A stretch of DNA of 64,000 bases from an uncultured Thermoleophilia bacterium (GTDB taxonomy: Bacteria > Actinomycetota > Thermoleophilia > UBA2241), in contig CAVPCT010000005.1 in assembly GCA_963702475.1 (NCBI GenBank), forward strand, positions 960,001-1,024,000, written 5' to 3'. Below the pieces are notes generated by a model, which saw only the letters and a list, made by a program, of their open reading frames with translations, ran no database searches and was not told the origin of the DNA. Each line of letters starts with the position of its first letter. Position 1 is the stretch's first letter. Below are positions 21,912 to 31,912 of the stretch, in pieces. The translations under genes and the position numbers were made by a program.

Positions 21912-24324
21912 TCACAGCGCGGCGTTCGCCGTGCGCGAGATGATGTCGTTCTGGATGTCCTCGTGCAGTTCGACGAAGAACGCGGAGTAGCCGGCGACGC
22001 GCACCAGCAGCGAGCGGTACTCGTCGGGCTCGGCCTGCGCGCAGCGCAGCGTCTCCTCCTTCACCACGTTGAACTGGATGTGGTAGATGGGCAGGTCGAG
22101 GAAGCCGCGCAGGTAGGCGGCGAAGCGCTGCAGGCCCTCGTCACCGGCGACGACCTGCGGCTCGAACTTGACGTTGAGCAGCGTGCCGCCGTCGAGGTCC
22201 TCGTGCTGGAACTTGCCGACCGAGCGCAGCACGGCCGTCGGCCCGAGCCGGTCCGTCCCCTGGTTCGGCGAGACGCCGTCCGCCAGGGGCCTGCCGGCCT
22301 TGCGGCCGCTGGGCAGCGCCGCGACCGTGAGGCCCTGCGGCACGTTGGAGGAGACCGGGTACCACGACGGCATCATCGTGCCGCCGGTGAGCGTCGCGTA
22401 CTTGTCGTGCTCGGTCACGACGAGGTGCGCGAAGTGGCGCACGTACCGGTCCACCTCGTCGTCGTCGTTGCCGTACTTGGGCGCCGCGAGGCAGAGGTCG
22501 CGCACCTCCTCGTAGCCCTCGAAGTCGGCGCGCAGCGCCTCCCGCAGCTCGTCCATCGAGAGGCGCTGCTCGTCGTACACGAGCTTCTTGACGGCAGCCA
22601 GCGAGTTGACCCCGTCGGCGAGGCCGATGCCGAGCGTGCCCGGGCCGCGCTTGTAGCGGGCGCCGCCGCGCAGCAGATCGGCGCCGTTGTCGATGCAGTC
22701 GAGCATCAGCGCCGACGCCAGCGGGCACGGCAGCAGCTCGCGGTGCAGCGCCTCGGTCACGTGCCCCTGGATGGCGATGTGGCGGAGCTGCTCGGCGAGC
22801 TGCGCCATCACCGCGGCCTCGAACTCCTCGAAGGCGGCGAGCTCGTTCGGGTCGCCGGTCTCGAGGCCCAGCTTGCGCCCACTCAGCAGGTGTTCGCCGT
22901 TGAACAGCGCGAACTCGACCGCCGAGCCGAAGTTGTAGTGCCCGTAGTCGCTCCACTGGTGCAGCTTGCCGGGCAGGTTGGGCTCGACGCAGCCGACGAG
23001 ACACCAGTCACGCGCCTCCTCGGTGGTCACGCCCTTGCGCAGAAGCGCCTTGATCCCGACCTCGTCGTTGTGGATGGCCGGGAAGCCGGTGCCCAGGCGC
23101 GAGAGCTCGCAGACCTTGAGCAGGAACTCCTCCGGGCAGTTGCGGTGCAGGCGCACGGCCAGCGAGGGCTGGTTGAGGCGCACGTCCATCGACGCCTGAA
23201 GCATCATGTACGAGACGTCGTTGGTGGCGTCCTCGCCGTTCGCCTTCACCCCGCCCGCGGTCACGTTCTGGAACGCCGTGTAGCCGGCGAAGTACTGCGA
23301 ACAGTTGGTGTTGAGGATCCAGCACTGCTCGGCCAGCTTGACCCACAGACACTCGAGCAGCTCCTGCGCGTGGTCGTGCGTGAGCCGGCCGGCGGCCACA
23401 TCGGCTGTGTAGTACGGCTCGAGGTACTGGTCCATGCGGTTGGGCGAGTACGACGGCGCGTTCAGCTCCATCATCAGGCTCATCTGCGCGAACCAGACCA
23501 GCTGCAACGCCTCGTGGAAGGTGCGCGGCGGCTCCTCGGCGATCCACTCGCAGGCCGCCGCGACCCGCTCGAGCTCGGCGGCGCGCTCCGGCGGCGACAT
23601 CGCCGCCAGCTCCCGCGCCGCCGCCGCGTGCCGCCGCGCCAGGATGCCCATCGCCTCGCAGCTGATGACGACGGCCTCGAGGAAGTAGCGCTTGTCGTCG
23701 CTCGCCGGGTCGGCGACGTCGAGCGCCGCCAGCCGCTCTTCGGCCCAGCGGCGCACCCCGCCCCACCCCTTCGGCAGCAGGATCTCGCCGTAGCCGAGGG
23801 CGATCTCTCCCGGGCCCGACTCGGTCTTGATCTCGACGTCGATCACGCCGGTCTCGTAGCCGAGCGCCCGCGTGTCGGCCGGCACGCGCTTCAGCCAGTG
23901 CTCGATGACCGTCTTGCCCTTCCAGTACGGGTGGACGCTTCTCGCGGAAGAGCGCCTTCTGCTCCTCGTCCACGAGGTACGGGTCCTGCGGCCGGTCGCT
24001 CAGCGTGTCGAGCTCCTTGGCGAACCAGTAGTTGGACATCTCCGGCCCGAGGACGCCGGTGCGCGGTCTGCGCCCGGCGTTACCCACGATGAGCTCGTCG
24101 TCCTGGATGAGGATGGTCTTGGTCTCGCAGGTGCGCTTCAGGCCTTTGGCCCTGCGGACGACCATGGGTTCGCCCTCGGTCTCCTGGAAGACCTCGGTGT
24201 AGGCGAGCGCGCGCTCGATGCACACTGACGGCATGTGCGTGAAGTACTGCGTGCGCAGGCGCGCGATGCGCGGGGACAGGCCCTCGTCCGCCCGCGCGCC
24301 GGCCTCCTGAAGCATGGTCGCCAT
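21912..24324 (-). CDS. Glycyl radical enzyme (CutC/diol dehydratase-related, substrate unknown); +1 frameshift near 23938
   Basis: About 803 aa when joined; IERA..ELIVG, GCVEP thiyl loop, RVAGYSAFF glycyl motif. Confidence 0.92.
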
Positions 24325-24357
24325 GTCCCCACCTTTCCGGAGCGCGTCCGTCCCACG

Positions 24358-24406
24358 ACTCACCCGACCGGGTGAGTATAGCAGCGACTCACCCGAACGG
24401 GTAAGC
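24358..24406. promoter_or_regulatory. Tandem palindromic TetR operators between the GRE and tetR genes
   Basis: ACTCACCCG-AC-CGGGTGAGT (24358-24377) and ACTCACCCG-AA-CGGGTAAGC (24387-24406). Confidence 0.8.
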
Positions 24407-24445
24407 TTCTGCGCGTATCGTGACCCGGACCTCAGGAGTGGCGAG

Positions 24446-25129
24446 GTGGCGAGAGCAGCCCCGGTCGACGCGAAACCTCAGACTCGCGACGCCCGCGCGC
24501 CCGCACAGCAGCAGGCGGCGCGTGTCCCGGCGTCGCGCCGGCTCCACCCCACCGCAAAGCGGATCCTCGCCGCCGCCAAGCGCCTCCTCACCGAGCGCGG
24601 CTACCGGGGTCTGACGCTGCAGGCGATCGCGACCGAGTCGGGCGTCAACAAGGCAGGGGTCTGGTACTACTTCGGCGGCAAGGAGCAGCTCGTGCTCGCG
24701 CTGCTGGAGGAGGTCGCCGTCACCGAGTCGCACCACTTCGGCATCCGGCCGGCGGCGTACGCGACGCTGGACGAGCGGGTCGACCTCATCGTGGGCAGCG
24801 CGCAGCGGGTGAAGGACCGGGTGGAGCGCTACGCCGCCTTCTACGAGCTCCTGCCCGAGGCCTCCCGCGACGCCCAGCTTCGCGAGCACCTGATGACGTA
24901 CTACCAGGGCTGGTACGCCTGGGCGGGCGAGGTGCTCACTCCCCCGGGCGCGGACGGCGCCGTACGCACCGGGACACCGACGACGGTGGGCCAGTTCGCC
25001 TCGATCCTGCTCGACGGCATCTTCATGCAGATGGTCGTCGCCGCTCCCGGCTTCGACCTCGAGGCGGCGCTGCAGGACGCGCGCCGCACGCTCAGGCACC
25101 TGCTCGACCCCGAGCCGGCGGCGACGTGA
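24446..25129 (+). CDS. TetR/AcrR family regulator (BetI-like C-terminus), divergent from the GRE operon
   Basis: ILAAAKRLL..GY.GLTLQAIA.ESGV.KAGVWYYFGGKEQL HTH; AGGAG upstream of GTG at 24446. Confidence 0.9.
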   Translation: MARAAPVDAKPQTRDARAPAQQQAARVPASRRLHPTAKRILAAAKRLLTERGYRGLTLQAIATESGVNKAGVWYYFGGKEQLVLALLEEVAVTESHHFGIRPAAYATLDERVDLIVGSAQRVKDRVERYAAFYELLPEASRDAQLREHLMTYYQGWYAWAGEVLTPPGADGAVRTGTPTTVGQFASILLDGIFMQMVVAAPGFDLEAALQDARRTLRHLLDPEPAAT

Positions 25130-25408
25130 GGGCGACGCCGCCGGGGGCCGCAGGCCGGGGCGGCGCCGCGGGGCAGAGAGACTGGGGCAAGTACGGGCTG
25201 GGCGCCGCGGCCGCCGGCTGGGTCGTCGCCTTCCTCCCCGCGGTCGTGCCGGCGGCCATCGCGCTGTGGTGCGCCGGGTTCGTCCCGAGCCTCGTCGGCC
25301 GGCGACGCGCGCGGCGCCTACGGCCTCGCCGGTCTGGTCCTCGCCTCACTTGGCCTCGTCTGGGTCGTCGCCGGCATCGCCCTCGGGCTCCTGTTCTTCC
25401 AGGTGTGA
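25126..25408 (+). CDS. Possible small membrane protein (frameshifted)
   Basis: Hydrophobic segments in two frames ending LGLLFFQV*. Confidence 0.3.
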
Positions 25409-25535
25409 GCGTGGCCAACGGTGCGTGTGTTGCCGCATGTTCTGAGTGGGGTAGCCCTCTCAACATAAGCGGCACGGGCCGGCTCGAGCGTTGGGGCTCG
25501 AGCAGCGACCTGGCCTATGAATACAGGAGGGCATC

Positions 25536-26282
25536 ATGAGCTTCACCAGAAAGGTCTCCCTGATCACGGGCGTGGCCTTCCTCATCACCTTCGCCGCCTC
25601 GATCCCGGCGGTGTTCTACTTCTACGCACCGGTGCTGGACAACGCCGACTACATCCTCGGCGCCGGCGCCGACACGCGGATCGGATGGGGCGCGGTCCTC
25701 GAGGTCATCCTCGTGGTCGCCAACATCGCCACCGCCGTGGCGCTGTACCCGGTCGTCAAGCGGCAGAACGAGGGCCTCGCCCTCGGCTACGTGGCGGCTC
25801 GTACCTTCGAGTCCACCATGATCGCCGTCGGCATCATCGCCACGCTTGCCGTGGTGACGCTCCGGCAGGAAGTTGCGGGAGCCGTCGACGCCGCCGCTTC
25901 CGTCGCTCTTGGGCAGTCGCTCGTCGCGGTCCACGACTGGACGTTCCTGCTCGGACCGGGCATGGTGGGCATCTGGAACGGCCTGCTGCTGGGCTATCTG
26001 ATGTACCGCTCCGAGCTCGTGCCGAAGGGCATGGCCGTGCTAGGGATGGTTGCCGGCACCCTGCTGATCGCTTCGGCGATTCCGATCCTGCTAGGTGTGT
26101 ACGAAGCAGGGTCCGCGCCGCAGGTCATCGCGACGGCCCCGGAATTCGTCTGGGAACTGTTCCTGGGCATCTACCTCACGTTCAAAGGGTTCAGGGCGGC
26201 CGGTCTGCGCAAGCTCGGGTTCGAGACGGGCGAGTCCGCCTCCGCGGCCGCTTCCGTGAGCGAGCTGCGGCCGGCGGCGTGA
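25536..26282 (+). CDS. DUF4386 family membrane protein
   Basis: TGVAFLITFAASIPA, ALGYVAARTFE, YRSELVPK, FVWELFLGIYL. Confidence 0.85.
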   Translation: MSFTRKVSLITGVAFLITFAASIPAVFYFYAPVLDNADYILGAGADTRIGWGAVLEVILVVANIATAVALYPVVKRQNEGLALGYVAARTFESTMIAVGIIATLAVVTLRQEVAGAVDAAASVALGQSLVAVHDWTFLLGPGMVGIWNGLLLGYLMYRSELVPKGMAVLGMVAGTLLIASAIPILLGVYEAGSAPQVIATAPEFVWELFLGIYLTFKGFRAAGLRKLGFETGESASAAASVSELRPAA

Positions 26283-26444
26283 TGAGCGCCGCGCCTCAAG
26301 CCAAGCGGACACGAGCCTTGTCCGCCGCCTGACAAGCGGCCACTACGAGGCAGCCGGGGCCGAGGGCGACTGGGCGGCGTCCAGCACCCTCGGCCCCGGC
26401 CCACGGCACGGGCACACCGACCCTCAAGCTGGAGGGATCAGGAC

Positions 26445-27386
26445 ATGCGCGCGGTCATATGCAGAGAATACGGTCCTCCGGAGGTCCTGGAGCTCCAACA
26501 GGTAGCGAAACCTGTTCCGAAGGATCACGACGTGCTGATCAAGGTGCATGCGACGACGGCGCACCGTGGGGACGTGAGGATCCGAAGCTTCGATGTGCCT
26601 CGGGGACAACGGCTCGCGGCGCGACTGGTCCTTGGCTTCGCTCGCCCGAAGAACCCGATTCTCGGGATGGAGCTGGCCGGAGAGGTCGAGGCGGTCGGCA
26701 GGGACGTGACCCTCTTCAAGCCGGGCGACGAGGTCTTCGCCTTCACCGGTTGGGGCCTCGGTGCCTATGCCGAGTACGTCTGCTTGCCGGAGAAGCCGAG
26801 AAGGTCGGTCACGAAGGACGGGATGCTGGCGACCAAACCGGCCGGCATGACCTTCGAGGAAGCCGCCGCCGGCGCGGCGACCGGAGGAGTCACGGCCTTG
26901 CGTGTCCTCAGAAAGGCGAGCATCGCAAGCGGGCAGAAGGTCCTGATCTACGGTGCCTCTGGAAGCGTCGGCACCTACGCGATGCAACTTGCCAAGTCAT
27001 TCGGGGCGGAGGTCACGGGGGTCTGCAGTACCGCCAATCTGGATCTGGTGAGATCCCTCGGGGCCGACAGGGTGATCGACTACACGCGGCAGGACTTCAC
27101 CGAGGGCGGCGAGACCTACGACGTCGTCTTCGATGCCGTCGACAAGCTCGAGCCCTCCCGGGCCAGGAGCCCCCTGAAGAAGACGGGCGTCTACCTGAAC
27201 GTCAACAGGGACTCAGGTTCTGGAGCCGGGAGTCCCGAGGATCTTGTCTTCCTCAAGGAGCTCATCGAGAGCGGGCAGGTCCGGGCGGTCATCGACAGGC
27301 GCTACCCGCTGGAGGAGATCGTCGAGGCCCACACGTACGTCGAGAAGGGGCACAAGAAGGGACACGTGGTCGTCGCCGTGGCGTAG
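26445..27386 (+). CDS. NAD(P)-dependent MDR-family oxidoreductase
   Basis: [39 protein letters not shown]. Confidence 0.92.
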   Translation: MRAVICREYGPPEVLELQQVAKPVPKDHDVLIKVHATTAHRGDVRIRSFDVPRGQRLAARLVLGFARPKNPILGMELAGEVEAVGRDVTLFKPGDEVFAFTGWGLGAYAEYVCLPEKPRRSVTKDGMLATKPAGMTFEEAAAGAATGGVTALRVLRKASIASGQKVLIYGASGSVGTYAMQLAKSFGAEVTGVCSTANLDLVRSLGADRVIDYTRQDFTEGGETYDVVFDAVDKLEPSRARSPLKKTGVYLNVNRDSGSGAGSPEDLVFLKELIESGQVRAVIDRRYPLEEIVEAHTYVEKGHKKGHVVVAVA

Positions 27387-27588
27387 CGTGCCGCTCGCGT
27401 GCTGATCTGGCACACGTTGCCGTTGTGCGCCCACCCGGCGTGCCCGGACGGTTAGGACTGACCCACTTCCGCTCCTCGGCCACCCCCGGGTCGGCGTGGA
27501 TGACGGCGCGGAGTCTGACGAAGAGCTCACCGCGCCAGTCCGGGATGGCGGCGATCAGGTCGTCGATGAGCTGGCCTGAAGTCGGCAT
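27289..27588 (-). pseudogene. DUF1801 (YdhG-like) remnant
   Basis: IDDLIAAIPDWRGE..LR.VIH.DP.V.EE.KW then degenerates into overlap with the neighbouring gene. Confidence 0.6.
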
Positions 27589-27627
27589 AGCGCCTCCGGA
27601 CGTCTGCCGTCGGCGGCCGGGAACGGA

Positions 27628-27664
27628 AGGGGCCGGGCCGGCAGGTTCCTCCGGCCCGGCCCCT
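27628..27664 (-). terminator. Hairpin downstream of 27681..27992
   Basis: 14-bp stem AGGGGCCGGGCCGG/CCGGCCCGGCCCCT. Confidence 0.55.
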
Positions 27665-27680
27665 CGCCGCTCGGGCGGTC

Positions 27681-27992
27681 TCAGGCGGCGCGGCGGGTCG
27701 CCTCGCCGCCGAACGCCTTCTGCTCCACCACCTCGGTGATGCGGTGCCCGGTGTTCGACACGAGCCGGCTACCACCGCCCTTCCAGAGCTCCTCGAGCCG
27801 GGCCGCGAAGGCCTCGGCCTCGGCCAGGCTGTCGAACTCGAGCTCGCCGATCACGGTGCTCTCGTCGTCCGTAGGACGCTCGATGCTGTAGCGGCGCACG
27901 CCGGATGCCTCGCGACCGAGCGGGTCGCTGTCGAACGTCTTCTTCCACTCCGCATAGTCGGAGACCGTGTGCCAGATGTTCAGGACGTACAT
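27681..27992 (-). CDS. Small hypothetical protein (dimeric alpha/beta barrel, cyclase-like)
   Basis: HTVSDYAEWKKTFDSDPLGR..SGVRRY..LEFDS; GAGG RBS. Confidence 0.75.
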   Translation of the reverse strand: MYVLNIWHTVSDYAEWKKTFDSDPLGREASGVRRYSIERPTDDESTVIGELEFDSLAEAEAFAARLEELWKGGGSRLVSNTGHRITEVVEQKAFGGEATRRAA

Positions 27993-28096
27993 GACGGTAC
28001 CTCTCGTCCGTGATACTCAGGATGCCCGTGTATTCCCTCTGCAGCGCACTCGTCACGTGTTGTGCACGGCTGCGACGGCCGGCCGCTGAGGGGCAT

Positions 28097-28747
28097 TCAG
28101 TCCAGCGACCAGGTCGCCTGCCACGCGCCGACCGGCAGAAGGACCTCGGTCGGCGCGAACCCCTGCTCGGCACGCAGCGTGAGCCATCCGGTCGAGCTCC
28201 TGCCGGCCCGGGAGGGGTCCGGCCCGCCGGCCGCGCCGAGGCCGGCGACCCCGCTCTCGGTGCGCGCACCGTCGCTGAGCTGGAGGAACTGATAGGCGAC
28301 GGGGTTCTGCGCCGTGGCCTCGTCCAGGCTCGTGAGCCGGACCTTGACGCCGTACTTCCACTCGTAGGGACCGTAGCCGTCGCCGAACTCGTTGGGGGCA
28401 TCGTCGTCAGGTGTCCGGACGCGCTTCACCGCCAGGACCGTGACGAGCTCGCCGTGGGCCTCGCCGGAGGCCTGGTCGTGCCAGTCCACACGCACGGTGT
28501 CCCCGAGCCGGCCGCTCCACGAGGGGCCCTCGCGGTCGGAGATGGCGGCCGCGACCGCCGGCGAGGCGCTCTCCGTCGCGGCAGGCGGCGACGCGTCGGC
28601 CGCCGGGCTCGTCGGCAGGCCTGCGGTCGGCGCGGACGCCGGCGACGCCGCGCGGCCCCCGCAGCCGGCCAGCATCGCGGCAGCCATGAGCACGAGCACG
28701 AAGTGCGCGGTGGTCCGCTTCAGGATCGCCTCCTTCTCCGCAGGCAC
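28097..28747 (-). CDS. Putative lipoprotein
   Basis: Lipobox LAGC followed by a Pro/Ala/Ser linker and a beta-rich domain; start uncertain. Confidence 0.65.
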   Translation of the reverse strand: MPAEKEAILKRTTAHFVLVLMAAAMLAGCGGRAASPASAPTAGLPTSPAADASPPAATESASPAVAAAISDREGPSWSGRLGDTVRVDWHDQASGEAHGELVTVLAVKRVRTPDDDAPNEFGDGYGPYEWKYGVKVRLTSLDEATAQNPVAYQFLQLSDGARTESGVAGLGAAGGPDPSRAGRSSTGWLTLRAEQGFAPTEVLLPVGAWQATWSLD

Positions 28748-28987
28748 GATAGCACCTGACCGCCGCGCCGGTACGCGGATCGAACAGGCACGAGAACCAC
28801 CTCAGAGGTAGGCCGCACCGCCCCTCGCGGGGTGCGGCGGCCGCGAAAGATGCCTCCGCCGCGCCACGGGATCGACCCCGGCGGGGCGACGACCCCGGCA
28901 GCGCGCCCGCGTAGGGTCCCGCCATGAGGTCGATCATGCCCGAGGAGCGCCGGGGGCGCCCCGCGGGCCGACGAGCGGGAGGGGACC

Positions 28988-29761
28988 ATGGACGCAGTCA
29001 CGACCACCGAGAGGGGTCGCAGGTGGAGGACGCAGGACGCACGCACGACGGCCGCCGGCGCAGCACCACGGTACAGAAGGGCGGCGATCATCGTGGGCGT
29101 GCTGTTCATCGTCGGAGACATCGCCGGCGTGCTGAGCCTCCTCGTGACGCGAGGTCTCTTCGACGGTCCGGACGTCCTCACCTCGATCGCGGCGGGCCAG
29201 GGCCGGCTCGCGCTGGGCGCGCTCCTCGTGCTGACCATGGGCCTGGCGCTGGCGATGGTGCCGGTCGTGATGTATCCGATCTTCAAGAAGTACAACGAGG
29301 TCCTGGCGCTCGGGACCGTCGTCTTCCGGGGCGCGCTCGAGGCCGTCGCCTACATGGCCACCGCGGGAGTCTGGCTTGCGCTCCTGGAGCTCAGTCGCGG
29401 GCGCGCCACGGCAGCGTCTGCCGGCGCTTCCCACATCGAGACCCTGAGCGAGCTGCTCGTGACCGCACAAGGGTCGGTCACCGTCTGGCTGACCTCCATC
29501 GCCTTCAGTCTCGGCGCCCTGATGTTCTACTACCTCTTCTACCGCTCGAGGCTCATCCCCCGCTGGTTGTCGGTCTGGGGTCTCGTCGGCGCCGCGCTGT
29601 ACCTGGCGACGCCGCTGCTGGACATGTCCGGGCACGGCTTCGGGCTGCTGATGGCCCCGCTGGCGGTGGCCGAGATCGTCCTGGCGGTGTGGCTGATCGT
29701 CAGAGGGATGGACGCGCCGGGGGCGCAAGAGACCGGCGCCCGGGCGAGCGCGGCCGCCTGA
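28988..29761 (+). CDS. DUF4386 family membrane protein
   Basis: VGVLFI, YPIFKKYNEVLALG..FRG.LE, YRSRLIPRWLSVWG, EIVLAVWLI. Confidence 0.85.
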   Translation: MDAVTTTERGRRWRTQDARTTAAGAAPRYRRAAIIVGVLFIVGDIAGVLSLLVTRGLFDGPDVLTSIAAGQGRLALGALLVLTMGLALAMVPVVMYPIFKKYNEVLALGTVVFRGALEAVAYMATAGVWLALLELSRGRATAASAGASHIETLSELLVTAQGSVTVWLTSIAFSLGALMFYYLFYRSRLIPRWLSVWGLVGAALYLATPLLDMSGHGFGLLMAPLAVAEIVLAVWLIVRGMDAPGAQETGARASAAA

Positions 29762-29811
29762 CTCGCTGAGGGTGGCCGAGGCCATGGCTGCCACGGCACC
29801 TCACGCGGCCG

Positions 29812-30483
29812 TCACTCCGCGGCGAGAGTCCTCTCCAGTCCGTCGAGGATCAGGTCGAGGCCGAAGCCGAACGCCGCATCCTCGTCGAAGGGCCTCTCCG
29901 CGTACTCCGCCGCGACGCACGCCAGGGACGGATACGCGCCGGGCGGGATGGACTCCAGCGTCTCCCGCGCCTGCTCGCCGGTGTCCGCATCATCGCCCGG
30001 CGACAGATCGGAGTGCTGCTGCTCGAAGCCGTGGATGTAGCTGTCGAGCGCGAAGAACGCGTGTGCGGCGATCCGTGGTGAGAACCCCGCCCGAAGCAGC
30101 GTGTGAAGGACGCGATCCGCGTAGCACAGACCGTTGGGACCACTGCTCTCCCGGGAGTCGATAAGGCCGGCTGCCCAGCGATGACGCGCGAAGACAGCCC
30201 GGGCGGAGACGGCCCGGCGCCGCATCGCCTGCTTCCAGTCGGCGCCGTCGGACGGCACGTCGATCTCGGCCACCACGAGATCCGCCATGCCGTCGAGCAG
30301 ATCACCTCTGCCCGACACGTGGTTGTAGAGTGACGCCGCCTCGACGCCAAGCCTCCTGCCGAGCTCGCGCATGGTGACCGCATCGATCCCCCGCTCGTCC
30401 GCGAGGTCCATGGCCGCACGCACGATGCGGTCCCGGTCGAGGCGGCGGCGCGGCTCGCGCGCACCTGTCTGCCCAGCGCTCAC
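29812..30483 (-). CDS. TetR family regulator (TetR_C type)
   Basis: LDRDRIVRAAMDLADERG..TMRELG.RLGVEAASLYNHV, FGFGLDLILDGLE. Confidence 0.92.
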   Translation of the reverse strand: MSAGQTGAREPRRRLDRDRIVRAAMDLADERGIDAVTMRELGRRLGVEAASLYNHVSGRGDLLDGMADLVVAEIDVPSDGADWKQAMRRRAVSARAVFARHRWAAGLIDSRESSGPNGLCYADRVLHTLLRAGFSPRIAAHAFFALDSYIHGFEQQHSDLSPGDDADTGEQARETLESIPPGAYPSLACVAAEYAERPFDEDAAFGFGLDLILDGLERTLAAE

Positions 30484-30531
30484 GACACCTCCTTCGACCG
30501 TCCTCGCCGCGCAACTTGGCCGGCACGTCCC

Positions 30532-30588
30532 TTGACATACTAACACTGTTAGTTCAAGGTGGGCTCACGTTAACTAACAGTGTTAGTA
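30532..30588. promoter_or_regulatory. TTGACA -35 element with twin palindromic TetR operators
   Basis: TTGACA at 30532; ACTAACA-C-TGTTAGT (30539-30553) and ACTAACA-G-TGTTAGT (30573-30587). Confidence 0.85.
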
Positions 30589-30605
30589 GAAAGGAGCGGG
30601 TCTGC

Positions 30606-31037
30606 ATGACCACCAGAGACACAGACAGGGACAGGAGGACGCGGCTCTCGCTGCTGTGGGTCTTCGTGATGCTGAACATGCTGCTGGCGGACATCCTGTC
30701 CTTCATGAACGCGGGGTCCCTGGAGCAACTCCTGGCCGGGAAGGCCGGGGAGATCACGATCACCCCGGGCTTCCTCCTTCTGGCCGCGGTCCTCACCGAG
30801 ATCCCGATCGCCATGGTGGTGCTCTCGCTGGTGCTGCCGCAGCGCGCGGCCCGCTGGGCCAACCTGCTGGCCGGTGCGTTCACGATCGCCTACGTGTGGG
30901 GTCTGGGCTCCAGCGCGCCGCACTACGTCTTCATCGCCGCAGTCGAGACGCTCGGCTGCCTCCTCATCGTGTGGTCGGCGTGGACGTGGCAGCGAGCCGA
31001 TGCGCGGATGCCGGCCCGCGATCTCGTGACGGAGTAG
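30606..31037 (+). CDS. DUF6326-like 4-TM membrane protein
   Basis: RLSLLWVFVMLNMLLADILSF..EIPIAMVVLS..RWAN..HYVF; AAGGAG RBS. Confidence 0.75.
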   Translation: MTTRDTDRDRRTRLSLLWVFVMLNMLLADILSFMNAGSLEQLLAGKAGEITITPGFLLLAAVLTEIPIAMVVLSLVLPQRAARWANLLAGAFTIAYVWGLGSSAPHYVFIAAVETLGCLLIVWSAWTWQRADARMPARDLVTE

Positions 31038-31041
31038 GGGC

Positions 31042-31082
31042 CGCCGCCCCGGCCGGGCCACGGGCGGCCGGCCGGGGCGGCG
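31042..31082. terminator. Bidirectional hairpin between convergent genes
   Basis: 15-bp stem CGCCGCCCCGGCCGG/CCGGCCGGGGCGGCG. Confidence 0.6.
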
Positions 31083-31117
31083 AGAGGCCGGCCGGCTCCC
31101 GTGGTGGACGCGCCGGC

Positions 31118-31792
31118 CTACGCCATTCGATCCAGCAGCCTCTCCAACCCGTCGAGGATCAGGTCGAGCCCGAACTCGAAGTCGGCGCCCTCGTCGTAGC
31201 CGGCGCCGACGGCGTGGTCGACCGCCTCCCTGAGGTAGGGGTACTCGCCGGCGGGCAGCGCCTGCAAGAAGGCCTCCGCCATCTCCTCGGCACCGGCGTC
31301 GCCCCCGGCGGTCATGTTGAGCTGCTGCCGCCCGAAGCCGTAGATGAAGCTGTCGAGCACCGAGAATGCCCTGAGAGCCGTCTCGAGCGGGAACCCCGCG
31401 CGCCGCAGCGTCCCGATCACCCAGTCGAGATAGCGCAGCCGCGCCGGTCCGCTGCTCTCCCGTGAGTCGACAAGGGCGCTTGCCCAAGGGTGCCGGGAGA
31501 ACGTCCCCCGGGCCGAGAGCGCCCTCTGGCGCATGGCCTCCCTCCAGTCGGCCGCGTGCTCGGGCAGGTCGATCTCGCCGACCACGAGGTCGACCATGCC
31601 GTCGAGCAGGTCGTCCTTGTTGGCCACGTGGTTGTACAGCGACATCGCCTCGACCCCGAGTCTCACCCCGAGCTCGCGCATGGTGAGGGACTCGAGGCCG
31701 CGTGCGTCGGCGAGCGCGACGGCGGCGTGCAGCACCCTCTCCCGGTTGAGGGGAGTCCGGGCGTCGGGATCCGGCGTTCTGCGTGCCTGCAT
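31118..31792 (-). CDS. TetR family regulator (TetR_C type), paralog of 29812..30483
   Basis: LNRERVLHAAV.LAD..TMRELG.RLGVEAMSLYNHV, FEFGLDLILDGLE. Confidence 0.92.
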   Translation of the reverse strand: MQARRTPDPDARTPLNRERVLHAAVALADARGLESLTMRELGVRLGVEAMSLYNHVANKDDLLDGMVDLVVGEIDLPEHAADWREAMRQRALSARGTFSRHPWASALVDSRESSGPARLRYLDWVIGTLRRAGFPLETALRAFSVLDSFIYGFGRQQLNMTAGGDAGAEEMAEAFLQALPAGEYPYLREAVDHAVGAGYDEGADFEFGLDLILDGLERLLDRMA

Positions 31793-31816
31793 CGCGTCCT
31801 CCTCGGAAGGAATCAC

Positions 31817-31859
31817 TTGACAGCTTACACCGTAAGTACGAAACTTACGTCGTAAGTTT
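31817..31859. promoter_or_regulatory. TTGACA -35 element with twin palindromic operators
   Basis: TTGACA at 31817; CTTAC-ACC-GTAAG (31824-31836); AAACTTACG-T-CGTAAGTTT (31841-31859). Confidence 0.82.
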
Positions 31860-31912
31860 ACGGCGCATCGCTCAGGGCGAACAGCGCGAGATGCTTCGAC
31901 AGGAGGGCCAAG

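Noticed and set aside
23930-23945. Programmed ribosomal frameshifting in the GRE and other split genes
   Set aside because: No slippery heptamer or shared signal is visible; scattered single-base indels explain them better.
21912-24324. Naming the GRE cutC or pflB
   Set aside because: It lacks the PFL Cys-Cys pair, and several recalled CutC choline-binding residues differ.
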